Of a stretch of DNA of 64,000 bases, positions 41,020-52,015 are shown in pieces. Origin of the DNA: an uncultured Planctomycetota bacterium (GTDB lineage Bacteria > Planctomycetota > Planctomycetia > Pirellulales > Lacipirellulaceae); NCBI GenBank assembly GCA_963719315.1, contig CAVRBU010000020.1:32001-96000 (forward strand), given 5' to 3'. How positions within the stretch are numbered: the stretch's first letter is position 1; each line of letters begins with the position of its first letter. A program made the position numbers and the translations under genes. Below the pieces are notes generated by a model that did not search any database, had not been told where the DNA came from, and worked only from the letters and a program-made list of their open reading frames with translations.

Positions 41020-42393
41020 TTAGTTTCCAAGCAGCGAGTCAACAATCATTTTGTCTTGCCGCGGTAGTACGGTGCGGAGATCTAGCACGAGCCGTTCACC
41101 TTCGACGCGACCTAAGATTGGAAACCGGGCCGCTCGTACGCGGTTGTCGAGCGCTTCGATGTTGCCATCAGCCGCCGCGAGCGCGACGCCGTGCGACGGC
41201 CAGCCGTTGCCCGTGAGAGCCGCTGAAATTGGGCTGCGTGTTTCCACGGCAGTGGCGGAATCGACGCCATCGACGTGCGCGAGTTGAGCGGCCATCCGCT
41301 CGGCGCGATTGCGAAGATTCTCAATGGACGTGGTCAGGCATTGCCACACTGGTAAGGTGTCGGCCCCGCCAGCGGAGTTCTCATAACACTCTATGGTTGC
41401 GGTCAGCGCGGCGGCGCGGAGCGAGTCGAGTCGACAAGTCGAATACAGCGGCTGTCCGACGATGCGGCGGATGACTTCTTTATCGCCAACAAGGATGCCG
41501 CAAGCCGGGCCGCCGACCAAGCCGTCGCCGCGGGCGATGACCAGATCGGCGCCGGCAGCGACGCTGGATTGGACCGAACGTCGCGGCCAGGAAATCGATA
41601 CCGGCGGAGTGATAAGCGGCGCGGCGCCTAAGGCGTCGATCGCAAGCAATTTGCGTTCGTGCGCCACGGCGATCAATTCATCGAACTCGGCGGCGGCCGT
41701 TTCACCCACCACCCGGTAGACATCGCTACTGAGCGCCAAGATCGCAACGGTGCGAGGCGAGGCGGCCGTTTCATAGTCGGCGGCCGCGGATCGATTTGTG
41801 CCGCCGACCTCTTTGAGCGAGGCGCTCGCGGCGGCTGCCAGTTTGGGCAGTGAATCGGCTCCGCTAACATCGCCCACTTCGGCCCGGGCGACCAAAACTT
41901 CGCGATCCGCCGCCAGGGCTGATAGTGCCAGCCAAACCGCACCCGGGTAACTATGTACGACCGCGGCGGCTTCTGCGCCTGTTAGTCGGCAGAGCAGCGA
42001 TTCAAGTTCGCCGGGCACGGCAGGCGCGGCCGCATGCGGTTCGGCCGCATATTCGCGGCCCAATGCGACAATACGTTCCAGCGCGATCTCGGCGATCGGC
42101 GTGCTCGTCCAAGTTGAATCGCAAATCTGGCCCGTCGCGTTGATCGCGATTCCGAGCGCATGTTGCTGGCGAGAGACGACATAGCGGGCAGCTCGTTCTG
42201 CCAACTCACGGATCGACGGAAGATCTGCCGCGCGGCGCTCGAGGTCACTGCGCATTTCATCCAAGAACGACCGCACGCCGCCAATCACCACGCTGCGATT
42301 CCAGCGATCGACGAGCGCCCGAATGGGCGGCTTCTCCAAAAGCTCTGCGACCGACGGCAGCCGATTCAACAAATCGGGCGGTTTGATGGGCAT
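41020..42393 (-). CDS. SelA-like protein with degenerate active site
   Basis: LPSVAELL, INATG, LTGAEAA.VV, EVGGTN, GADLVIARGDGLVGGP, LDLRTV. Confidence 0.75.
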   Translation of the reverse strand: MPIKPPDLLNRLPSVAELLEKPPIRALVDRWNRSVVIGGVRSFLDEMRSDLERRAADLPSIRELAERAARYVVSRQQHALGIAINATGQICDSTWTSTPIAEIALERIVALGREYAAEPHAAAPAVPGELESLLCRLTGAEAAAVVHSYPGAVWLALSALAADREVLVARAEVGDVSGADSLPKLAAAASASLKEVGGTNRSAAADYETAASPRTVAILALSSDVYRVVGETAAAEFDELIAVAHERKLLAIDALGAAPLITPPVSISWPRRSVQSSVAAGADLVIARGDGLVGGPACGILVGDKEVIRRIVGQPLYSTCRLDSLRAAALTATIECYENSAGGADTLPVWQCLTTSIENLRNRAERMAAQLAHVDGVDSATAVETRSPISAALTGNGWPSHGVALAAADGNIEALDNRVRAARFPILGRVEGERLVLDLRTVLPRQDKMIVDSLLGN

Positions 42394-42474
42394 GATGCGT
42401 CTCCAGGGTAAGCGAAGTTACCGCTGCGCATCATTCTGGCGATTGGGGAGCGCGTGTCCAGGGCGGGGTCCGAA

Positions 42475-43161
42475 CTAGCGTGTCTGGGTCGGCGATGCAT
42501 CGACCCGCTGTTGGGCCATGAACTCGGGCATGGTCTGCGAACCTTGCGGCTCCTGTTCTGAGCCAAACATTCGCTTCCAGAACGAGGGCTGCGCATCTCG
42601 CTTGGCGATTCGCGAACTGCTATTGCGCGGAGCAGGCGCCGGCTCGCCGGGCGTCAGGGCGTCCACCGTTTTGTGCCAGGCGGCTTTGGTACTCTTGGCG
42701 ACTTTGTGCGCCCCATCGGTAATCGGTTTCATTGGCGATGGCTTGGGAGGCGTCGGCGTTTTTTCGACCCACGAGTTTCGCGTCGGGTCGGCGTTAGGCT
42801 TGTGGGCAAAGATGCCTGTTGTCGGCAAGTGAGGTTTCGCCAGATGCGGCCAGCCCACTTTGCCTTTCGGCGAGCTGAGCATCCAGTGTTCCTTGTCGGC
42901 CGAGTTGCTCGGCAGCTGCGACTGACGGGCCAAGGGCGCCGACGAGGGCCGAGTCGGCTGAGAAAGCGCGCCACCGGGATACGGCATCTGCTGTGGCGAC
43001 GCACTGGGCGCTAGACTCGGCGGCTGTGAGACTTTGGTTTCGTTCTTATGGCCGAATTGCCACCAATGCGAAGTGGTTTCCGCCGCCGCAAGATTTTGCG
43101 AATTGGTCGCAATGAGAACTATGCCAACCAGCGCACGCGCAATGTGTCGCATGGCTTCCAT
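42475..43161 (-). CDS. Secreted Pro/Ser/Lys-rich hypothetical protein
   Basis: Signal peptide, low complexity. Confidence 0.65.
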   Translation of the reverse strand: MEAMRHIARALVGIVLIATNSQNLAAAETTSHWWQFGHKNETKVSQPPSLAPSASPQQMPYPGGALSQPTRPSSAPLARQSQLPSNSADKEHWMLSSPKGKVGWPHLAKPHLPTTGIFAHKPNADPTRNSWVEKTPTPPKPSPMKPITDGAHKVAKSTKAAWHKTVDALTPGEPAPAPRNSSSRIAKRDAQPSFWKRMFGSEQEPQGSQTMPEFMAQQRVDASPTQTR

Positions 43162-43391
43162 CCCTCCGAATTAGATCAGGCGTCACGGGCCTGTGGCGAA
43201 CGATTGTCAAGTCGCCACGGCAACTCGCCTGGGCGAGCTGAAGCGGCCAGTGGCGCCAAAGTGATAAGGTTTCCCAATTGGTTTTTCGTCCAACGTGGGC
43301 GGCGAAGTCTCGCAAAAACGTCCCAAGGTGCCTAGATGACTACAGCGAATGGCCGCGATGGCATGCATTCGCCTCCAGCACCGCTGTCGGT

Positions 43392-43507
43392 AGTGTCTTG
43401 ATTTGGCACCCTTCGGACCGGAATTTTGTAGCACGGACTTCAGTCCGTAAGAAAATCATGGACTGAAGTCCGTACTACAAGCTTGTTGTGCAGAAAATTA
43501 GGACACC
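43392..43507. repeat. Family B element, copy 3
   Basis: TTGGCACCCTTCGGACCGG..GTAGCACGGACTTCAGTCCGT...AAATTAGGACACC. Confidence 0.85.
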
Positions 43508-43590
43508 ATCCAGCTGTCGGCCAAGTTGTTTCGCCTCGCAAATTGACGTACCATAGCAGGCGGAAAAAAGAATCTCGCGGCGTGCTGTCG

Positions 43591-44412
43591 ATGCTTGCAA
43601 TACAGATAGGTTTGATGGGTGCCGGTCGGATGGCCACGGCCTTGGCCCGCGGGCTCGTACAAGCCGGCATCTTACCGGCCGAAGCGATCGTGGCAAGCGA
43701 CCCGAGCGACGACGCACGGCAGGCATTCGCTCGCGAAGTTCCGGGCGCGCTTGTCGCGCCAGAGATTGCGAATCGCGTCGCCGAGGCCGATGTGATTTTT
43801 CTGGCCGTGAAGCCGCAGCAGATGGGTGCCGCGCTGGCCGCGCTTGGCGACACAATTCGCCGCGAAGCGTTGGTAGTCTCGATTGCGGCCGGAATTACAG
43901 TCGAGCGGATTGCGGGGGAATTGCCGGCTGGGCAGCGCATCGTGCGCGTGATGCCGAACACGCCCTGCCTCATCGGCCAAGGGGCGAGCGGATTTAGCCT
44001 GGGGAAACATGCCACTCCGCAGGACGCCAAACTGGTGGCCACACTCCTATCCGCCGTAGGAGCCGCCTTTGAAGTGCCGGAGAGGATGCTCGATGCCGTT
44101 ACGGGACTCTCCGGCTCCGGTCCGGCATTCGTGTATAGTATGATTGAAGCGCTAACCGAGGGTGGTGCGGCGGCCGGGTTGCCCACTGAACTGGCAGCCG
44201 AACTCGCCGCGCGAACCGCCGCCGGCGCCGCGGCAATGGTGCTGCAAACTGGCGAGACGCCGGCCGTCTTGCGCGAGCGAGTGACGAGCCCGGGTGGCAC
44301 GACCGTCGCCGGTTTGGCCGTGTTGACCAAGCAGGGATTCAAGGAAGCCGTTATTGGAGCGGTCGAGGCGGCGACGCGGCGGAGTGCCGAACTGGGACGA
44401 GCGACCAAGTGA
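43591..44412 (+). CDS. proC: Pyrroline-5-carboxylate reductase
   Basis: GAGRMA, LAVKPQ, RVMPNTP, SGSGPAF, TSPGGTT. Confidence 0.95.
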   Translation: MLAIQIGLMGAGRMATALARGLVQAGILPAEAIVASDPSDDARQAFAREVPGALVAPEIANRVAEADVIFLAVKPQQMGAALAALGDTIRREALVVSIAAGITVERIAGELPAGQRIVRVMPNTPCLIGQGASGFSLGKHATPQDAKLVATLLSAVGAAFEVPERMLDAVTGLSGSGPAFVYSMIEALTEGGAAAGLPTELAAELAARTAAGAAAMVLQTGETPAVLRERVTSPGGTTVAGLAVLTKQGFKEAVIGAVEAATRRSAELGRATK

Positions 44413-44426
44413 GGGGTTAGATCGAG

Positions 44427-44693
44427 ATGAGTGTTTTCTGCCGAATCGACGACAAGCACATCCCGCTGTATCGGGTAATGTGGGTAAGTGCCACGCCGCA
44501 CTATTGCGGCGAGGAAGATTGCGTTCGCGAAGGCTCCTACGAGATTCGCCTGGAGCAGGGGGAGGCCGTTTGGGCCAGCCTTAAGGAGCGCGATGAAATG
44601 CTGCAGCGCCTCGAATCGTGGCACGGCGACATGGACGTGCCGGACGACGGCGAAGTCGACGGCGACGGCGAAAGCGATATCGACAGTTGGTAG
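44427..44693 (+). CDS. Small hypothetical protein
   Basis: IDDKHIPLYRVMWVSATPHYCGEEDC; operonic spacing. Confidence 0.7.
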   Translation: MSVFCRIDDKHIPLYRVMWVSATPHYCGEEDCVREGSYEIRLEQGEAVWASLKERDEMLQRLESWHGDMDVPDDGEVDGDGESDIDSW

Positions 44694-44716
44694 CGTTTGC
44701 CGCGGGAGTGAACAAA

Positions 44717-45214
44717 ATGACCGCAGACAACGATGAGCAGCTCGAATGGCGCGACACGTACTTCGTTCTTTTCCAGCAAGCCGACCGGCCCACGCTTACG
44801 CAGGTCGAAGCGGCGATTACCGAATCCTCCAAGCGGCTGAAGCTCGAAAACCTAGAAGCCGATGAGGATGGGATGTTCGAATCGGTGCTCGTGCAGGCCC
44901 CGCAGGACAACGCGGCGCTCGAAATCAGCTACGAACGGGGAGACGCGGTGATCGAGCAGAGCGCCGAGTTGGCCAAGCAACTCAAGGACGACGCCTCGCC
45001 GAAGCAACTCAAGTTGATGCTCAAAGCCGACGCTCGACTCGACATCATGTTTTTCGAGCGGGTCCGCAACGACATCGGGGACGAAGGCGGAGACGACGAC
45101 GAGTGGGAGAGTGGAGCACTCGATCCTTCGAGTTTGCTGAATGTGGTCGGAGCGCTCGCCAAGTTAACCGGCGGATTGCCGATCGACCCAGCCTCGGGGG
45201 CGGTGCTGTCGTGA
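44717..45214 (+). CDS. Acidic hypothetical protein
   Basis: WRDTYFVLF...DARLDIMFFE; GGGAG RBS-like upstream. Confidence 0.7.
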   Translation: MTADNDEQLEWRDTYFVLFQQADRPTLTQVEAAITESSKRLKLENLEADEDGMFESVLVQAPQDNAALEISYERGDAVIEQSAELAKQLKDDASPKQLKLMLKADARLDIMFFERVRNDIGDEGGDDDEWESGALDPSSLLNVVGALAKLTGGLPIDPASGAVLS

Positions 45215-45335
45215 ATGGTCGAGGGTTTAGGGTTGAGGGTCGAGGGCCGGAATAGGCGTTAATCCAAGCGACGATGTGAAGTAGAATTCTGGCCCTCTAC
45301 ACTCAACACTCAACTCTCATCCCTTAACCACTTCC

Positions 45336-45899
45336 ATGATTGCCAAAGAAATCAAGCCTGGCGCCGTCGTCAATTACAACGGTTCGCCGCATATGATCGA
45401 AAGCATGACGGTGCAATCGCCGTCGGCGCGCGGCAGCGCCACGTTGTACAAATTCCGCGCTCGTAATTTGCTCACTAAGCAAAAGACGGATATCACGCTG
45501 AAAGGCACCGACGGCTTGGACGATGCGGACTTTGGCAAGCGGGAAATTACGTTCATGTACGCGGATACGGAAGCGGCGCACTTTCTCGATAGCGGCGATT
45601 ACAACCAGTACGCGGTGCCACGCGCGGACTTGGCCAACGAGTTACAGTACATTACCGAGAATTTGCAGGGGATGCTCGCACTCGTTTACAACGGGCAGTG
45701 CGTGGGCGTGCAACTGCCGACCGCGGTGGATTTGAAGATCACGCAATGCGACCCGGCCGTAAAGGGCAACTCGGCCACCTCGCGAACCAAACCGGCCACG
45801 CTGGAGACCGGCCTCATCGTGCAGGTGCCGGAGTATTTGAAAGAGGGCGAGATGATCCGCGTCGATACGCGCAGCGCGGAATTTTTGGCCCGCGCATGA
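45336..45899 (+). CDS. efpL: Elongation factor P-like protein (EfpL/YeiP type)
   Basis: SPSARG loop, KPATLETGLIVQVPEYL. Confidence 0.85.
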   Translation: MIAKEIKPGAVVNYNGSPHMIESMTVQSPSARGSATLYKFRARNLLTKQKTDITLKGTDGLDDADFGKREITFMYADTEAAHFLDSGDYNQYAVPRADLANELQYITENLQGMLALVYNGQCVGVQLPTAVDLKITQCDPAVKGNSATSRTKPATLETGLIVQVPEYLKEGEMIRVDTRSAEFLARA

Positions 45900-45902
45900 A
45901 CC

Positions 45903-45981
45903 GGGGGGCCGGGGTCGAGTCCGCCGCGGCGGGCGAGCGCCCAGCGCGCTGGGGGCTCACTTCGTTCGACCCCAGCCACCC
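45903..45981. repeat. Palindromic element, family D
   Basis: GGGGCCGGGGTCGA...TCGACCCCAGCCACCC. Confidence 0.65.
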
Positions 45982-46010
45982 GAAGGTAAGCACGGGGTTT
46001 TGAGAAGGCA

Positions 46011-46334
46011 CTAGGCCTGCAGCACTGGCGTGCTTTGGGCAGCGAACTTGGGCACTGGGTGTTTGATCTCGACCACGTTGCCCGACGCGATTTCTTCTTG
46101 GAGCGAGTCCAACCGGCCCGAGGCATTGAATTGTCGGGCAAGGACGCGGCGGCCGCCGCCCGTCCAGACGCCGATTGATCGGACCGGGATGCCGGAAGTG
46201 GGGCAGAGGAAGGTCACGCGAGTAGGAGTGACGTCGCTGATATCGACCCGCGTGGTGTCGAGCCGGTAGTTCACTACCAACTCGACACGTCGATTATTCT
46301 CTGCGTCCTCCCAAGTGGCTTGGCAATTGTTCAT
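46011..46334 (-). CDS. Hypothetical protein
   Basis: CAGGAG RBS; MNNCQATWED. Confidence 0.65.
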   Translation of the reverse strand: MNNCQATWEDAENNRRVELVVNYRLDTTRVDISDVTPTRVTFLCPTSGIPVRSIGVWTGGGRRVLARQFNASGRLDSLQEEIASGNVVEIKHPVPKFAAQSTPVLQA

Positions 46335-46647
46335 GATCGTCACTCCTGAATACGTGGATACAAAACGGACCGGTTGGTGGTAAACGGAACGGCGACCCGT
46401 GAAGTCGGCCGCCAACAAAGAACGCGGCATGTGCGAACTGCCGCATCAGGCAGGAAAGTCACACTTTAATTGCCAATTCGACCGGCCGCCACAGCGATTT
46501 GACGGAAAATCCGGCAAACTGCGAAGATTCTGGCGGTTAAATCGGCAGCGGTATCAATGATAGCGGTCGAGCTGCGCAAGGCAAGCAAGACAGCGCGGGG
46601 CAGGCATACTTGCCTGTTTTTTACCGCGGCCTCAACCGGCGAAAGGC

Positions 46648-46839
46648 TTATTTGCTTTTACGCTTTTTCGCAGCAGGTCGTTTTTTGCCGGCTGCCTTCT
46701 TGGCCGCTTTGGCCGCCTTCTTAGGCGACTTTTTTGCCGGCTTGCGAACGGACTTTTTGGCAGACGACGAGCGGCCGCTGAAGATTTTGTCCCAATTGTC
46801 TGCATACTGCTTGTTGGTTCCGACACGAACGACGCTCAT
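46648..46839 (-). CDS. Small Lys/Ala-rich protein (histone H1-like tail)
   Basis: AAGGAG RBS; MSVVRVGTNKQYADNWDKIF then KKSPKKAAKAAKK. Confidence 0.75.
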   Translation of the reverse strand: MSVVRVGTNKQYADNWDKIFSGRSSSAKKSVRKPAKKSPKKAAKAAKKAAGKKRPAAKKRKSK

Positions 46840-46938
46840 TGCGAATGTTGCTCCTTAGATAACGATATTGAAGATCAATGGTCAGAAGTAGAGTGCTTAG
46901 TTGGCGGGAGCTCGACCTGGCGGCCGACGCTAATTGCG

Positions 46939-48615
46939 CTAACCGTGCTGCAGTTTTTTATAGCGGAAGCGGGTCAACTCGTCTGCGCTTACACCCAATC
47001 GTTCGCGGCGCTGCTCTTCGTAGGTCTGGAAGTTGCCTTCGCACCAGTGGACGTACCCGTCGCCTTCGAAGGCGAGGATGTGCGTGGCCAGCCGGTCCAG
47101 GAACCAACGGTCGTGGCTCACGCAGACGGCGCAGCCGACGAAATTGGTCACGGCCTCTTCCAACGCCCGCAGAGTATCGACATCGAGGTCGTTCGTCGGT
47201 TCGTCCAAGAGCAGCACGTTCGACCCACGGCGCAGCAGCTTGGCGAGGTGGACCCGGTTCCGCTCACCGCCGGACAGGATGCCGACCTTTTTCTGCTGGT
47301 CGGTACCCGTGAAGTTGAATCGCGAAACGTACGCCCGGGAGTTCAAGGTGCGGCCGCCCATATCGAGCGTATCGTGGCCGCCGGAAATTTCCTGGTAGAC
47401 GCTGTTATCGGCGACGAGGCTGTCGCGCGATTGATCGACGTAGCCTAGATTGACGGTCGGCCCGATTTCTAACTCGCCCTCATCCGGTTGTTCCTGGCCC
47501 ATGAGCATCCGCAGGAGCGTCGTTTTCCCTGCTCCGTTGGGACCGATGATGCCCACGATTCCGCCCGCGGGCAGGCGGAAGTTCACGTTCTCAAAAATCA
47601 CGCGGTCGCCGTATGACTTGCTGAGGTTGGTGGCTTCCACGACCATGTCGCCCAGCCGCGGGCCGGGCGGAATCTGAATTTCCAACTCTTCGGGTCGATC
47701 CTCGAATTGCTCTGCCGCCATCTTTTCGTAGGCCTGGATGCGGGCTTTGCTCTTCGCTTGGCGGGCCTTGGCCGACGCACGCACCCATTCCAACTCGCGG
47801 GCTAGCGTCTTCTGCCGGGCGGAGGCCTTCTTTTCTTCCACTGCCAGGCGCGCTTGCTTCTGCTGGAGCCAGGATGAGTAGTTGCCTTCAAACGGATGGC
47901 CCTTGCCGTATTCCAACTCCAAGATCCACTTGGCGACGTTATCCAAAAAGTACCGGTCGTGGGTCACGGCGACGACGGTGCCTGGGTAATCATCAAGATG
48001 CCGCTCCAGCCAGGCAACACTCTCGGCGTCGAGATGATTCGTCGGCTCATCGAGCAGCAGCAAGTCGGGCTGCTCCAACAATAGTTTGCACAACGCGACG
48101 CGACGCTTCTCGCCGCCGGAGAGCGTTTCGATGTCGGCGTCGCCGGGAGGCAAATTCATTGCGCCCATCGCGATTTCCACTTTGCGGTCGAGCTCCCAGG
48201 CATTCGCATGCTCGATCTTGTCCTGTACCTTCGCCTGGCGATCCAGCAGCTTTTCCATCTTGTCGGGGTCCGTGACCTCGCCGAGTTGTTCGGAAAGCTG
48301 TTCGTATTCGGTGAGCAGAACCCGCGTCGAGGCGACCGCTTCCTCGACGTTGCCGAAGACGTCCTTATCGGGGTTGAGTTGCGGCTCCTGCGTCAAGAGA
48401 CCGACCGTGAAACCTTCGCTGAGCTTGGCCACGCCGTCGAAGTTCTTATCGAGGCCGGCCATGATCCTCAGCAACGTGCTTTTGCCGGAGCCGTTGCGAC
48501 CCAGTACGCCGATCTTGGCGCCCGGATAGAACGAGAGCCAGATATCTTTGAGGACTTCGCGCTGACCGATTTTCTTGGTCAGGCGTTCCATTTGGAATAT
48601 GTACTTCTGCGCCAT
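46939..48615 (-). CDS. ettA: Energy-dependent translational throttle protein
   Basis: [13 protein letters not shown], two ABC domains, [12 protein letters not shown]. Confidence 0.95.
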   Translation of the reverse strand: MAQKYIFQMERLTKKIGQREVLKDIWLSFYPGAKIGVLGRNGSGKSTLLRIMAGLDKNFDGVAKLSEGFTVGLLTQEPQLNPDKDVFGNVEEAVASTRVLLTEYEQLSEQLGEVTDPDKMEKLLDRQAKVQDKIEHANAWELDRKVEIAMGAMNLPPGDADIETLSGGEKRRVALCKLLLEQPDLLLLDEPTNHLDAESVAWLERHLDDYPGTVVAVTHDRYFLDNVAKWILELEYGKGHPFEGNYSSWLQQKQARLAVEEKKASARQKTLARELEWVRASAKARQAKSKARIQAYEKMAAEQFEDRPEELEIQIPPGPRLGDMVVEATNLSKSYGDRVIFENVNFRLPAGGIVGIIGPNGAGKTTLLRMLMGQEQPDEGELEIGPTVNLGYVDQSRDSLVADNSVYQEISGGHDTLDMGGRTLNSRAYVSRFNFTGTDQQKKVGILSGGERNRVHLAKLLRRGSNVLLLDEPTNDLDVDTLRALEEAVTNFVGCAVCVSHDRWFLDRLATHILAFEGDGYVHWCEGNFQTYEEQRRERLGVSADELTRFRYKKLQHG

Positions 48616-48714
48616 TCGAGGGAATGCTCAATAAAGGTCGGTGGATTTGGAATCACCCATCCTACGCATTCCTTGCCTGAGCGACCAGAGCGAGTGCCAC
48701 TCTTCGAGCAGCCA

Positions 48715-49393
48715 TTAGCGGGCGTGCGGAGTGACGCCGAGCACGATATCGAACCGGGCTTCCAGCTCGTCTGTTTTCGACTTTTTGAGCGGCGTGAAGT
48801 CGATGGTGACCGAGTCGCGAGCTTTTGGGTCGCGGATGCTACGGTAGATGCCGTCGCGATCGTTTTGCGGGTGGCCTTTGATGTAACACTGGGTGGTGAA
48901 CTCGCGCTCGCCCGGTTGTTTGATCTTGAAATGAATGTGGGGCGTGCGGCCGGGGTAGGGGACCGGCTTCACCGTGCGGAAGTAATAATCGCCAGTCTTG
49001 CCGGTGAGGAAGCGGCCGAAACCCTGGAAGTTAGCGTCGCTTTTCTCGCTGTGGCTGGCGGTGTGCAAGTAATGGCCGTTGCCATCGACTTGCCAGATTT
49101 CTACGAGCGCGTTGCGGAGCGGATCGCCGTTGGCATCGAGCAGCTTGCCGGAGAGGTGTGTGATCTCGCCGACCGCAGGCGTGATGCTGTCGTTCACGAT
49201 GATGAGATCGTTATCCGTATCGAGCGGCAGATGATCTGGGTAGAACGGCCCCTCGGTTTGATCCGGCGTGAGCATGAGCGCTTCGGCGAATGCGCCCGAG
49301 ACGTTCCAGAAGGCAGCGAGCGAAAGGCCCGTAGTTGAGGCTGCAGCCGCGCAGGAACGAGCGTCGCGATGAATACGAGTCGTTGGTTGACAT
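48715..49393 (-). CDS. Tat-exported intradiol ring-cleavage dioxygenase family protein, frameshift near 49345
   Basis: SRRSFL Tat motif in the upstream frame; EGPFYP, VEIWQ, YPGRTPHIH. Confidence 0.85.
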
Positions 49394-49445
49394 AATCCGA
49401 GTTCCGAAATGATGGACTTACGACAGATTTTAACCCCAGAGCCGT

Positions 49446-50252
49446 TCAATCGGATCGGTGATCTTTCCGATTCGCATCGAAGCTAGGCGTTGTGTAAAGC
49501 GCACTAGGTAAGACGATTTGATCTTGATAGTGTTGTATCTCCTCGCTGGTTGCGGGAACAAACCCATGCCTCTCAATTTCGTCGTCATAAGCCCGTTGTA
49601 GCCTACTCACAATCATATCCCGAAAACCTGCTTCACTAATGGTCTGTGCGTCCGCGCAGTCCAAAACGCGGCGTCGGTGCCGGTCGATCAATTGTTGAGG
49701 TGTTGCCCCCGCTAATCGCTCCATTGCTAATTCAGGATGTTGGCTTAGTTGAAGCGGATTGTCTGTGGTGCACAGCATGGAACCGTTTTGCCGGCTTGTG
49801 TAGATGGCCAATGTTTTTTCCGAGCGGACCTTGGCGGCACCGGATACTTGGAAAGCGACAATTCTTGCCCAGCAGATTCGATCCGCGCTCAGATGTACGA
49901 CATTAAATCCTCCTACGCCTTGCGCCATAATCTCTCGAACTGCAAGAATCTGTTTGAATCCCGCCGACTCTAGAGACCGGATAATGGGTTCGATGATACA
50001 GCGAATTTCCTGGGGAATCTCATGTAAATCGACGAGCCCCGCATTGTCGAGCAAAACGGGGATCCCCGACCGCACTAGTCGGTGGAACAGCTTCGCCACC
50101 AGGACCCGGACCACATAGCTTAAGCGGCTCGGATTCCTTATGCAGAATCTCCAAAGCTCACCAACAGAGGACTTGGAGTGATCCAAAACGTAGTACCTAG
50201 GAGCCGCCGCTGTCCGCTGGCTCGTTTCGTGTGTGTTGACGCCATCAGACAT
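49446..50252 (-). CDS. Hypothetical protein, lower GC
   Basis: 268-aa ORF filling the gap after guaA. Confidence 0.6.
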   Translation of the reverse strand: MSDGVNTHETSQRTAAAPRYYVLDHSKSSVGELWRFCIRNPSRLSYVVRVLVAKLFHRLVRSGIPVLLDNAGLVDLHEIPQEIRCIIEPIIRSLESAGFKQILAVREIMAQGVGGFNVVHLSADRICWARIVAFQVSGAAKVRSEKTLAIYTSRQNGSMLCTTDNPLQLSQHPELAMERLAGATPQQLIDRHRRRVLDCADAQTISEAGFRDMIVSRLQRAYDDEIERHGFVPATSEEIQHYQDQIVLPSALYTTPSFDANRKDHRSD

Positions 50253-50281
50253 GCGTTACACCAGATTGAATTAGACGTGTT

Positions 50282-51867
50282 CTATTCCCATTCTATTGTA
50301 GCAGGCGGCTTCGACGAAATATCGTACACGACGCGATTGACGCCCTTCACTTCGTTAATAATCCGGGTGGATATTCGGGCTAGCAGTTCGGGCGGCAGAT
50401 GCGTCCAGTCGGCGGTCATGAAGTCGTCGGTGGTGACGCAGCGGACGGCGAGCGCATCCTCATAAGTGCGGGCGTCGCCCATGACGCCGACGGAGCGGAC
50501 GGGGAGCAGCACGGCGAACGCCTGCGACGCACTGCGGTAAAGGTTGGCGGCTTTGATTTCACTGACGACGATCACGTCGGCTTCGCGAAGCGTATCGAGC
50601 CGTTCGCGGGTGATTTCGCCGAGGCAACGAACGGCGAGACCAGGGCCCGGGAATGGATGCCGCCAGACGATTTCGTCCGGCAACCCCAACTGTACGCCGA
50701 GCTGGCGGACTTCGTCCTTGAACAAGTCGCGGAGCGGCTCGATCAGATCGAAGCCTAACTCCGCCGGTAACCCGCCCACGTTGTGGTGCAGCTTGATCGT
50801 ATCGGCGGGCCCATCGGCGCGGCGCCGCTTTCGATCACGTCCGGATACAACGTACCTTGAGCAAGGAATTTCGCGTCCTTGATCTTGCGGGCTTCGGCGG
50901 CGAAGCACTCGATGAACGCATGGCCAATGATGCGACGCTTTTCCTGCGGTTCGGTGATGCCGGACAGGGCGCTCAAAAACCGGCCTTCGGCCTTTACGAC
51001 GTGCAAATCTGCTTTGAAATGGCCGGTGAACTCATCGACGACCGCTTTCTCTTCGTCCTTGCGCAGCAGACCATTGTCGACGAGGATGCAGGATAACTGC
51101 GGTCCGATCGCGCGGTACAAGAGCGCTGCGACGACGGCCGAATCGACGCCGCCCGATAGGCCGCAGATCACGCGATGTGAGCCCACGCGTTGGCGGACGC
51201 CAGCGATCGTTTGCTCGGCGAAATCGCTCAGTCGCCACGTGCCCGTGCAGCCGCACACTTTGTTCACGAAATTGGCTAGAATCGTTTTGCCTTCGGGAGT
51301 GTGCGTGACTTCGGGATGAAATTGCAAGCCGTACAGCGGCCGCTCGCGATGCTTCACGGCGGCGTGCAGGCAGGTGTTCGTGCTGGCGAGCGGCGTGAAG
51401 ACGTCCGATACGGCGTTCACCTGATCGCCATGGCTCATCCAAACTTCGGTCTCGCGCGGCACGCCGGCGAACAAACTGTCGGCGTCGCTGCTGTCGTTAA
51501 TCGTGCAGTGTGCGCGGCCGTACTCTCGCACGGGGTGGCGTTCGACGCGTCCGCCTAGGGCCCGACACATGAGTTGCATACCATAGCAAATGCCGAGCAC
51601 CGGAATGCCAAGTTCGAAGATCGCGGGATCGCACTGCGGAGCGCCTTCGGCGTACACGCTCGATGGACCACCAGAGAGAATCAACGCGGTGGGCGCTGAC
51701 TCGCGGACGCGCTTGGCCGTAATATCGTGCCGCACGATCTCGGCGTACACGTGCTGTTCTCGAACGCGGCGGGCAATAAGCTGGGCGGTTTGCGAGCCGA
51801 AGTCCAAAACAAGCACGCGTTCGGCAGAGAGATCAGACTGTGGCTGGCTATTCGAAGTCGTGGTCAT
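50282..51867 (-). CDS. guaA: GMP synthase, frameshift near 50820
   Basis: [43 protein letters not shown]. Confidence 0.95.
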
Positions 51868-52015
51868 TCCAAAAAACCGTTGCGCCCTGAGAGGAATCGC
51901 GATTATAGCGCTCACGTGCGACGTGAACCAGTAGCGAGTTGTCGCGATTAGTTAGGGGGCTTATGCTGAGGGCGTACCAAACTTTTCCGCGACCAGCGGT
52001 CGCGGCTTTAAAACG

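Noticed and set aside
45336..45899. EF-P with Arg at the loop tip as a novelty
   Set aside because: Matches the known EfpL/YeiP subfamily.
50755..50908. Programmed frameshifting in guaA and the other split genes
   Set aside because: No common slippery sequence, and too many unrelated genes are affected; assembly error is simpler.
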